DNA of 64,000 nt from Chloroflexota bacterium. GTDB lineage: Bacteria > Chloroflexota > UBA11872. The position numbers and the translations under genes are program-made. The DNA lies in contig JAPPLN010000010.1 in NCBI GenBank assembly GCA_028874175.1, positions 6,827 through 70,826 on the forward strand, read 5' to 3'. How positions within the stretch are numbered: position 1 is the first letter of the stretch; each line of letters opens with the position of its first letter. The notes under the pieces were generated by a model. That model saw nothing but the letters and a program-made list of their open reading frames with translations, did no database searches and was not told the origin of the DNA. Below, piece by piece: positions 36,596-43,963 of the stretch.

Positions 36596-37423
36596 CTAGC
36601 CGTAGTTCGAGAAGGGATGCTCGCCCAGGTAGCGCCGCTGCCGGGACGTGGCCTGGGCCAGGATGTCCGGATCGAAGCGGAAGTCCAGGTACGGCGGGAA
36701 CTTCTGCACGACCATCCGGCGGCCGTAGTGGACCTGCAGCAGGTAGCGGATCCTGGAGCTGGTGTTGGCCGTCCCGCGATGCCAGACGTCGGACCGGAAC
36801 AGCACCACGTCACCCGCGTTACAGAGGATGTTCTGCCCTTCCACGCCCTGCCAGCTCGTTTCGCCCTCGTGCGGTTTGCGGCCGGCGCGATGGCTGCCCG
36901 GAATGAAGTTGGTCGGCCCCAGCGCCTCGTCCAGGTCGTCCAGGTAGTAGTGGGCGGTGGCCGTGAAGACTGGGATCTCCACCCGCGGGTCGGCCATGAG
37001 GTCGCTGGGCAGCTCGATCGGCTGATAGTCCGAGTGAAAATCCTGGTCCAGCCGGCCGGGACCCGTCACCCAGCCCGTCATGCTGATGCAGTGGCAGTCA
37101 TCGCCCATCACCGCGTCGGCCACCTCGGCCACCGGTGCGCGGTCCAGGAACTGCAGGAAGTAGGCGGAGCGGTTAAAGAGCATGTTGACGACCTGCTGGT
37201 AGAAAGTCGTCGCCTCGCCGCTGGACGGATCGATGCCGCGACGGAGACTTTGTTCCCGCCGATCGTTGGTGCGGGGATTCGGCTCGACGCCATCGATTCG
37301 GCGCCGTAGCTCAGCTACCTCGGCGCCGCTCAGCACGCCCGGCATATAGGCAAAGCCGTCGCGGCGCACGGCCTCGGCCAATTCCTCCACGGTTTCGTAG
37401 GCGACCAGTTCAAGGCCGGGCAT
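36596..37423 (-). CDS. Phytanoyl-CoA dioxygenase (PhyH) family Fe(II)/2-oxoglutarate oxygenase, copy 1
   Basis: 275 aa. FHSDYQ (HxD), VWHRGTANTS (distal His/Arg). Confidence 0.85.
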   Translation of the reverse strand: MPGLELVAYETVEELAEAVRRDGFAYMPGVLSGAEVAELRRRIDGVEPNPRTNDRREQSLRRGIDPSSGEATTFYQQVVNMLFNRSAYFLQFLDRAPVAEVADAVMGDDCHCISMTGWVTGPGRLDQDFHSDYQPIELPSDLMADPRVEIPVFTATAHYYLDDLDEALGPTNFIPGSHRAGRKPHEGETSWQGVEGQNILCNAGDVVLFRSDVWHRGTANTSSRIRYLLQVHYGRRMVVQKFPPYLDFRFDPDILAQATSRQRRYLGEHPFSNYG

Positions 37424-37494
37424 CGTCTCGACCCTCCTGTGTTGGCTGTGGACCGTGGCAGCCGCCGCCGGATCCGCTCAGAAAGCGGCGCCCC

Positions 37495-38319
37495 CTAGTC
37501 GTAGTTCGAGAACGGGTGCTCACCCAGGTAACGCCGTTGCCGCGGGGTGGCCTGGGCCAGGATGTCCGGGTCGAAGTGGAAGTCCAGGTAGGGTGGAAAC
37601 TTCTGCACCACCATCCGCCGGCCGTAGTGAACCTGCAGCAGGTAGCGCGTCCTGGAGCTGGTGTTGGCGGTGCCGCGGTGCCAGACGTCGGACCGGAACA
37701 GCACCACGTCGCCCGCGTTGCAGAGGATGTTCTGCCCTTCCACGCCTTCAAAGCTGGTCTCGCCCTCGCCCGGCGGGCGCCCCGCGCGGTGGCTGCCCGG
37801 GATGAACTGGGTCGGTCCCAGCGCGTCGTCCAGGTCGCTCAAGTAATAGTGCGCGGTGGCGGTGAACACCGGGATTTCCACGCGCGGGTCGGCCATAACC
37901 TCGGTGGGGAGCTCAATTGGTTGGTAGTCGGAGTGGAAGCTCTGGTCCACCCGGCCGGGACCGGTGATCCAGCCCGTCATGCCGATGCTGTGACAATCGT
38001 CGCCCATCACCGCGTCCGCCACGTCGGCCACCGGCTCGCGGTCCAAGAATTGCAGGAACCACGGGTGGCGGTTGAACAGCAACTTGGTATGCACCTCGTA
38101 GAACATGCCCTCGGAGTCCGAGCCATCCGCCGCGCGCGGGCGCAAGTGTCGCCGGTCGTTGGCGCGGGGATTCGGTCCAATCTCGTCGATCAAGTCGCGC
38201 ATGTGCGCGACCTCGTCGGCGCTCAGCACGCCGGGCATGAAGGCGAATCCGTCCCGGCGGACGGCTTCGGCCAGTTCGGCCACGGTGTCGTAGGTCTTGA
38301 GTTCCAGGGCCATCGCCAT
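37495..38319 (-). CDS. PhyH family Fe(II)/2-oxoglutarate oxygenase, copy 2 (tandem paralogue)
   Basis: 274 aa, collinear with copy 1. The C-terminal ~165 aa are about nine in ten identical by manual alignment. Confidence 0.85.
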   Translation of the reverse strand: MAMALELKTYDTVAELAEAVRRDGFAFMPGVLSADEVAHMRDLIDEIGPNPRANDRRHLRPRAADGSDSEGMFYEVHTKLLFNRHPWFLQFLDREPVADVADAVMGDDCHSIGMTGWITGPGRVDQSFHSDYQPIELPTEVMADPRVEIPVFTATAHYYLSDLDDALGPTQFIPGSHRAGRPPGEGETSFEGVEGQNILCNAGDVVLFRSDVWHRGTANTSSRTRYLLQVHYGRRMVVQKFPPYLDFHFDPDILAQATPRQRRYLGEHPFSNYD

Positions 38320-38326
38320 AGCGTTC

Positions 38327-39292
38327 CTAGCCTTCCCGCTCCAGCCGGTCCACGGCTGCCTTCGTGACGTCCTGCGGGCCGCCCGCTGATCTTACCGAGA
38401 CGGCCCCGGCTGCGTTGCCCCGGCGGCAGGCCGCGTCCAGGTCGGCGCCCGCCAGCCAGGCGCTCAGCAGACCGCCGGCAAAGGCGTCGCCGGCGCCGAT
38501 TGGGTTACTGGCCTGCACCGCAAAGCCCGGCACGTGCCGCGGCTCCTGGCCGGGTCCCGGATCCAGCAGGCTGCCGCCCGCGCCTAACTTGACCACCACT
38601 GGACCGTCAAACCGCCTGCGTAGGCGCTCGCGCCCTTCCGCGTACTCGCAGCCAAGCGCCGCGGCGAACTCGGCCCGGCTGCCGATCAGCAAGTCCATTT
38701 CAGTGCCAATGGCCGTGATTTCGTCGAAGTCAAGAGCCCCCGGTCCGCCCTGGCCAATGTCCAGCGCCGCCCGCGCTCCCGCTGATCGAGCGGCGCTTCC
38801 GAACGCGCAGGCGGCGACCGTCAGTGGGCGCTGAAAGCAAAGATTGATCCCGGATAAGTACACGTGCCCGGGCGTCCAGGCGGCCAGCAGCGGGGTAGGG
38901 TCCAGCGGCGGTCCCGGATACCAGTAGGCCTGCCGGCGGCCGTCCACGCCCAGCGCGATGGTGTGCGTGGCGGTGCTGCCGGCGCGCTCGCCAATGACTT
39001 CGACCCCATGATCGGCGAGCCCGCCCGCCAGGAAGTCGCCGAACGGGTCGGCGCCCAGCACCCCTCCCAACTGGCAGGCGCCGGTCAGCCCCGCGTAGAC
39101 CATGGCCGTGTTGGCGGCCGTGCCGCCAAGCAGCAGCCGGGCGGGGTCTTCGTGAGCCACGTCGCTTACGTCCGTGAACTCCACGTCCGGCACCGGGAAG
39201 CGTGTGAGCCCCTGGATATTGACGTCGACAACCGTGCTGCCGACACACAGCAGGCCGGGTGCATCGCTGCTGGCTACGGTCGCCGGACTCAC
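38327..39292 (-). CDS. PfkB-family carbohydrate kinase
   Basis: GTG 39292 inside the over-long ORF 38327..39526. LLCVGSTVVDV, GGTAANTA, GAGDAFAGGLLSAW. Confidence 0.8.
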   Translation of the reverse strand: MSPATVASSDAPGLLCVGSTVVDVNIQGLTRFPVPDVEFTDVSDVAHEDPARLLLGGTAANTAMVYAGLTGACQLGGVLGADPFGDFLAGGLADHGVEVIGERAGSTATHTIALGVDGRRQAYWYPGPPLDPTPLLAAWTPGHVYLSGINLCFQRPLTVAACAFGSAARSAGARAALDIGQGGPGALDFDEITAIGTEMDLLIGSRAEFAAALGCEYAEGRERLRRRFDGPVVVKLGAGGSLLDPGPGQEPRHVPGFAVQASNPIGAGDAFAGGLLSAWLAGADLDAACRRGNAAGAVSVRSAGGPQDVTKAAVDRLEREG

Positions 39293-39347
39293 GATGATCC
39301 GTCGCGATCGATGCGCTCGGGCGTGTACATCTGACCCACGAACAGCC

Positions 39348-40226
39348 CTAGTAACGCACGACGATTTCGTCCGCGGACAGTGGAAGCCCGGCGACGCTGG
39401 ACGTCGCGCCGCCAAACGCCCAGCCGAACACCCCGCGCACGTCCTCCCGATGATCGTTCCGGCAGGCGGTCTCGGCCTGGTCGCCGAACGTGCGCTGGTA
39501 GATGCCCACGTTGCCGTGATTGCCAAGGTGGTTCTCCACGATATCGTTCAGATCCACGCAATCGGTGGGCCACGCCAGATCCTGCGTTCCTGAATCTGCG
39601 GATTGCGCCGTCTGATCGAAGGCCCAGCTAAACACCGCGCGCACGTCGTCCCGGTGGTCGTTCTGGCAGCCCTGCTCGGCCTGGTCGCCAAAAACCCGTT
39701 GATAAATGCCCACGTTGCCATCGTTGCCCAGATGCGCCTCAACGATGTCGTTCAGATCAACGCAGGTCGTCGGCCACTGCTCCGGCGCCGGCGTCGCGGT
39801 TGGGGTAGCCGCGGGTACGGGCGAGGCCGTCGGTGTGCTTGCGGTTCCGCCATGCAGCGTGACGCTATCCAGCGTGGCCACGCTCAACTCGGCGCCGCCG
39901 GTGGCTTGACCGCGCTGCACCAGCAGCCAGGCGATCACGTCCAGGTACTGTCGCTCCGTCAACGATCCCTCGGCAGCCAGCGGCATGGTGGTGCTGGTGT
40001 AGTCGTACAACTCCCGCGTGGATGCGAATCGCACCAGCGTGCCGAGACCCTTGAGCGGCGTGGCGAAGCCGTCGTTGCCATTTGGTCCGTGGCAGGTGGC
40101 GCAGGACTGCTCGAAGACGGTGGCGCCCCGAGCCACCTGCGCGTCGGTCAACGCGAGCGCGGCGCCGGCCACCAGCAGACCAACGGCAAGCGCGGCGGCC
40201 AGGGCCGGGCCCAACCTCCGCCTCAA
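39348..40226 (-). CDS. Secreted mono-haem cytochrome c fused to two copies of an unrecognised Cys/His-rich module
   Basis: TTG 40226 overlaps the upstream stop (TTGA) and gives MRRRLGPALAAALAVGLLVAG (signal peptide). CATCHG haem site and TTMPL distal Met, a Thr/Pro/Ala linker, then the two repeats. Confidence 0.8.
   Translation of the reverse strand: MRRRLGPALAAALAVGLLVAGAALALTDAQVARGATVFEQSCATCHGPNGNDGFATPLKGLGTLVRFASTRELYDYTSTTMPLAAEGSLTERQYLDVIAWLLVQRGQATGGAELSVATLDSVTLHGGTASTPTASPVPAATPTATPAPEQWPTTCVDLNDIVEAHLGNDGNVGIYQRVFGDQAEQGCQNDHRDDVRAVFSWAFDQTAQSADSGTQDLAWPTDCVDLNDIVENHLGNHGNVGIYQRTFGDQAETACRNDHREDVRGVFGWAFGGATSSVAGLPLSADEIVVRY
39417..39776 (-). repeat. Intragenic tandem repeat, period 204 nt (68 codons)
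   Basis: WPTTCVDLNDIVEAHLGNDGNVGIYQRVFGDQAEQGCQNDHRDDVRAVFSWAF (39776-39621) versus WPTDCVDLNDIVENHLGNHGNVGIYQRTFGDQAETACRNDHREDVRGVFGWAF (39572-39417). Confidence 0.85.
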
Positions 40227-40789
40227 CGCTGGGCCGCCTGCGTACGTCGTCGCAGTTCGGCGATCAACTGCTCGGGCTCGGCCACGCCCAGCCACACGCG
40301 GTCTACCCGCAGGAAGGGGAATAGCCAGGGCGTCCCCATGCGCACGCGCCGCCGCAGCGCGACTTCCACCGCGCGCTCCAGGCGGCCCAGGCTGAATTCA
40401 TGCCGTCGGTACGAAGGCGACACGCCATAGCTGGACCGCGGCCTCTGAATCGGTCCGCCCACCAAGTCGATGTCGGCGTAGGGTATCGCCGTATCCACCA
40501 GGAATCCCACGCGCAGGTACAGGTCGTCCGGGCGCAGTTCCACAAAACCGTCACTCGCGGCCCGGTAGATCGCCACGATGAAGGGCGCCACCGCAAACAG
40601 GGCGAGCGACGTGGCCAGGTTGACCGACCGGCCCGGCGAGTCCGCCGGATTCCCCACGGCGCGCATGAGGGCAAAGACCCCCAGGAGGGCCACGCCGCCG
40701 GCCAGCAGATAGAGGGCGTTGCGGTCCACGCCGGTGCTCAGCCGCCAGCGGCGGCCGCTTACGTCCAGCGGGGCCGGCTCAGGCGCCAT
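40223..40789 (-). CDS. Membrane protein, two TM helices plus bacterial PH-like (DUF304/YdbS-like) domain
   Basis: ATG 40789 inside ORF 40223..40900. Helices LYLLAGGVALLGVFALM and LALFAVAPFIVAIY, then GFVELRPDDLYLRVGFLVDTAIPYADI. Confidence 0.5.
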   Translation of the reverse strand: MAPEPAPLDVSGRRWRLSTGVDRNALYLLAGGVALLGVFALMRAVGNPADSPGRSVNLATSLALFAVAPFIVAIYRAASDGFVELRPDDLYLRVGFLVDTAIPYADIDLVGGPIQRPRSSYGVSPSYRRHEFSLGRLERAVEVALRRRVRMGTPWLFPFLRVDRVWLGVAEPEQLIAELRRRTQAAQR

Positions 40790-41732
40790 ATAGACCCTCC
40801 ATGCGGTCGATCGCCTGGGTGCCCAGCAAACGCACGTTGTCACGAACGTAGGGGCGGCATAGCGCCTCGCGGTCAAACCAGCCCACCGCACGGTGTTCAC
40901 CGTTCGATGGTCGAACGGCCCCGTTCACCGGGCGGACGAAGTAGACCAGATCGACGAGCGCGTGGCCATCCCCAATGTCGTGCAGCAGGAGGGTCTCCGG
41001 CGCAGGCAGGACGTGAACTCCCTGCTGGTCGATCGCGGGACGCTCCGCCACGATCTCAATCTCCAACCCGGTTTCCTCGCGCGCCTCGCGGTGTAGCGCC
41101 TCGACCGGGTCTTCATTCGGCTCGATGTGCCCGCCGAAAGGGAGCCACATATGAAACCTGCGGTGGTTGAGCAGCAGAACCTTGCCATCACGCACCAGGT
41201 AGCCCGAACTGGTGAATCGCTTGTCGACGGCCGGCACCACCTGATTGCTGCGTTCGCGCGCGGATTGTACGGACGACAGCGGTCGGGCGTGCGCAATGCG
41301 GTCGATCGCCCGGGCACCCAGCAAGCGCACGTCGTCGGTAATGGCGGGGTCGCAGAGCGCGTGGCGGTCAAACCAGCGCATCTCGCTGTGCTCGGACACC
41401 GCCAGCCGCTGCGCGCCTCCTACCGGACGGACGAAGTAGATCAGGTCGATGTGGATGTGGCCTGGCTCAATGTCCTCTAGCAGGATGGTCTCCGGCGCCG
41501 GAAGCACGTGAAGCCACCGCTGGTTGATCTCGGGTCGCTCGGCCACGATCTCGATTTCGAACCCGGTCTCTTCGCGCGCCTCGCGGTGAAGGGCCTCTAC
41601 CGGGTCCTCGCCCGGCTCGATGTGCCCGCCAAAGGGGAGCCACATTCTGAGCTTGCGGTGGTTAACCAGCAGGACCTTGCCGTCACGCACCAGGAAGCCC
41701 GTGCTGGTGAAGTGTCTGTCGACGCCCGCCAC
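40779..41732 (-). CDS. Double Nudix hydrolase (two complete Nudix domains in one polypeptide)
   Basis: 317 aa, GTG start. Two Nudix boxes: GGHIEPGEDPVEALHREAREETG and GGHIEPNEDPVEALHREAREETG. Confidence 0.85.
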   Translation of the reverse strand: MAGVDRHFTSTGFLVRDGKVLLVNHRKLRMWLPFGGHIEPGEDPVEALHREAREETGFEIEIVAERPEINQRWLHVLPAPETILLEDIEPGHIHIDLIYFVRPVGGAQRLAVSEHSEMRWFDRHALCDPAITDDVRLLGARAIDRIAHARPLSSVQSARERSNQVVPAVDKRFTSSGYLVRDGKVLLLNHRRFHMWLPFGGHIEPNEDPVEALHREAREETGLEIEIVAERPAIDQQGVHVLPAPETLLLHDIGDGHALVDLVYFVRPVNGAVRPSNGEHRAVGWFDREALCRPYVRDNVRLLGTQAIDRMEGLYGA

Positions 41733-41771
41733 CCACTGGTTGCCAAGTTCGTGCGCGGATTGTACGGACGG
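40782..41771 (-). repeat. Tandem in-frame duplication, period 495 nt (165 codons)
   Basis: GCGCGGATTGTACGGACG occurs at 41258 and 41753. The inter-domain linker (SSVQSARERSNQVVPAVDKRFTSSGY) is homologous to the in-frame sequence running across and upstream of the GTG start (PSVQSAHELGNQW-V-AGVDRHFTSTGF). Confidence 0.75.
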
Positions 41772-41801
41772 CGGCGGTCCGTTGGGGACCCGCCACCTAC
41801 G

Positions 41802-42157
41802 TGGTGGAGATGGGGGCGAGTTGAACGCCCCGTCCAGAGCCGGTCACCCCGATGCATCTACAGGTTTAGCCGGACTCTTAGAGTCTCGCCGTGGCGTCGC
41901 TATCCGGCCGCAACGGCGCACGACCAGCCCGCGTGTCTTAGTCGGTCTACGCGAGCGCCTTGACCGACGCACCCTAGATTCCTTGCGCCCGGAACGCCCC
42001 GCTAGGGACGGGCCGGCCGGACGTCGCGGGGCTTAGGCCGCGAGCGGGAGCGTTTGCTCTTCGCCAGTTACTTGATTGCCAGGGGGATTTACGAGCTCCC
42101 CGGCAGGCTCGACCTGCAGCATCGGACTTCGGGGCTCTGTCAAAACCCGTCATCCCC
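41802..42157 (-). ncRNA. ssrA: tmRNA (SsrA)
   Basis: Minus strand 5' GGGGATGACGGGTTTTGACAG ... GGACGGGGCGTTCAACTCGCCCCCATCTCCACCA 3'. Acceptor stem GGGGATG/CATCTCC with G3.U, T-arm and encoded CCA. Tag frame 42080-42036 is GNQVTGEEQTLPLAA, followed by TAA (42035-42033). Lies 12 nt downstream of smpB. Confidence 0.9.
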
Positions 42158-42169
42158 GAGCCGAAGACG

Positions 42170-42661
42170 CTAGCGAACGTAGCGAGCGATCTGACGTGCC
42201 GCTTCGCGCGCTCGAATCTTCTCCCGATTATCGTACCGTCGCAGCCCGCGCACCAGTCCAATTTCCAGCTTGGCCCAGCCGCGGGCCAGGAACAGCCGCA
42301 GCGGAATGGCAGTCCGCCCCTTGGCGTTGACGTGTCCGGCCAGCAGGTCGATCTCCGCGCGGTGCAACAGCAGCCGCCGCGGACGGTCCGGATCGTGATT
42401 GGCCTGCGCGGCCGGCTTATAGCGCGCGATGTGCACGTCGCGCAGGTAGGCCTCGCCCTCTTCCACGCTTACAAAGCCCTGCGCCAGGCTGGCGGATCCG
42501 TTGCGGATGCTCTTGATCTCGGACCCTCGCAGTTCGATTCCGGCCGTCAGCGTGTCCAGCACCTCGTAGTCGCGGCGCGCGCGACGATTGACGGCCACCG
42601 TGCGTTGACCCGACGGGCTTGGCGTGCGGTCCGCCCGGCGTTTGCGCCGCTTTCGTGCCAC
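42170..42661 (-). CDS. smpB: SsrA-binding protein
   Basis: NRRARRDYEVLDTLTAGIELRGSEIKS, LLLHRAEI, AKLEIGLVRG. Confidence 0.95.
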   Translation of the reverse strand: MARKRRKRRADRTPSPSGQRTVAVNRRARRDYEVLDTLTAGIELRGSEIKSIRNGSASLAQGFVSVEEGEAYLRDVHIARYKPAAQANHDPDRPRRLLLHRAEIDLLAGHVNAKGRTAIPLRLFLARGWAKLEIGLVRGLRRYDNREKIRAREAARQIARYVR

Positions 42662-42747
42662 GGTGTCCTACTGCGCCGTCCGCGCGTGCCAGGGGCCGAA
42701 CGGCCCGGCACTTGCATTCTGCCCCGGCCCGCGGGACCGGGAAGGTT

Positions 42748-43005
42748 CTAGACGGCGGCGAACCCCCGCGCGGCCGGCGCCTCCACCATGTCGCTCATCA
42801 GCTTGGGCAGCGCCATCGTATGGCTGCAGGTGCGCCAGCCCTGGAAAAACTCGCAGTCGCAGGTCCAGGATCCGTCAGCGTAGGTAATGATGTGACTACT
42901 GTTGTCGCCGTCGAACCTGACGCGCAACGACTCCACGTGCACGCGCTCCGGCTCGCTGGCGTATTGATGCGCCTTTTGTACCTTGCTGATCAGGCTGGAT
43001 TGCAC
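42748..43005 (-). CDS. Small stand-alone SWIM zinc-finger protein (85 aa)
   Basis: GTG 43005 with GGAGG 7 nt upstream, inside ORF 42748..43044. WTCDCEFFQGWRTCSHTMA is the CxC...CxH SWIM signature. Confidence 0.65.
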   Translation of the reverse strand: MQSSLISKVQKAHQYASEPERVHVESLRVRFDGDNSSHIITYADGSWTCDCEFFQGWRTCSHTMALPKLMSDMVEAPAARGFAAV

Positions 43006-43042
43006 CCTGGAACCTCCTCGGCGGCACGGCCGCGCCGAAACC

Positions 43043-43070
43043 AAAAACGCCCGGCCAAACAGGCCGGGCG
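43043..43070 (-). terminator. Intrinsic terminator (minus strand) after the metallophosphoesterase gene
   Basis: CGCCCGGCC-(5-nt loop)-GGCCGGGCG, a 9-bp GC stem (43048-43070). On the minus strand TTTTT (43047-43043) follows. Confidence 0.6.
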
Positions 43071-43165
43071 CATCACGCCACGCGAACCGACGGCCGCCCC
43101 CTCACAGCGCCGACTCTCGGTTCATATTCCGAGTATAGCCCTGCCGGATTCCGAGGGCCGAATCG

Positions 43166-43903
43166 TTAGGAGCCGTACTGAAGCCGGAACGCCAGACGCT
43201 CAGGCAGGCCCGCGGCGCGCATGGCGGTCTGGGTGGCTGCAATGTCGTAAGCGACGCGGTGGAAGGTAAACCGGCCAGTAGCCGGCTCGTAGCGCGCGTA
43301 CGCCGCGCGCGGATCGCCGTCCCGCGGCTGCCCCACGCTGCCCGGATTGAAGATCAGGCGGTCGTCCTCCGGGTCGATCGCGTCGCCCGCGTTGGGGACG
43401 GCCGTTAGAAACGCACCGGCGCCGTGCACGCCCTGGCGCCAGCGAAACATAATCGGCACGTGGGTGTGGCCCACCAGGCATACCTGCGTGCCGAAGTAGC
43501 CGAAGTTGATCTCCGCCAGCCGCACGTTCGTCAAGTATTCCCAGAGCGGCTCGCGCGGGCTGCCGTGCGCCACGTGCACCGAGCCAAAGACCGACGAGAC
43601 CTCCAAACCCAGCAGGTACTCCCGGGTCTCATGCGTCAGCACCCGGTCGGTCCATTCACAGGCGGCGCGCGCGTCGGCGTTGAAGACCGACAGGTCCGCC
43701 TGGCCGGTGGCGCCCCAGTCGTGATTGCCCGCCAGCGATCGAAACGGCAGGGAGCGCAGCAGCTGCACGACCTCGTTGGGATGGGACCCATACCCCACCA
43801 GGTCGCCCAGCGACCATATTTCGTCCACCGGCCCGGCGTCCGCCAGCACGGCTTCCAGGGCGGGCAGGTTGCCATGCACGTCGGCAATGATCAGCACGCG
43901 CAC
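43166..43903 (-). CDS. Metallophosphoesterase (YfcE-like)
   Basis: MRVLIIADVHGNL, SLGDLVGYG, LAGNHD, LVGHTH. Confidence 0.85.
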   Translation of the reverse strand: MRVLIIADVHGNLPALEAVLADAGPVDEIWSLGDLVGYGSHPNEVVQLLRSLPFRSLAGNHDWGATGQADLSVFNADARAACEWTDRVLTHETREYLLGLEVSSVFGSVHVAHGSPREPLWEYLTNVRLAEINFGYFGTQVCLVGHTHVPIMFRWRQGVHGAGAFLTAVPNAGDAIDPEDDRLIFNPGSVGQPRDGDPRAAYARYEPATGRFTFHRVAYDIAATQTAMRAAGLPERLAFRLQYGS

Positions 43904-43963
43904 TGGCGGGCCTCCGCTGGTCGTGGGCCGGCCGGCGCGCCGGTGCGTCTCATTATGCGGCCG

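Noticed and set aside
36596-41800. Genomic island integrated at the 3' end of ssrA
   Set aside because: tmRNA genes are classic integration sites. However, I saw no integrase, no duplicated copy of the ssrA 3' end (…CATCTCCACCA) downstream, and no compositional shift.
41597-42330. Short ORFs 41597..41857, 41620..42036, 41974..42261 and 42076..42330
   Set aside because: They lie within the tmRNA gene, which explains the region better.
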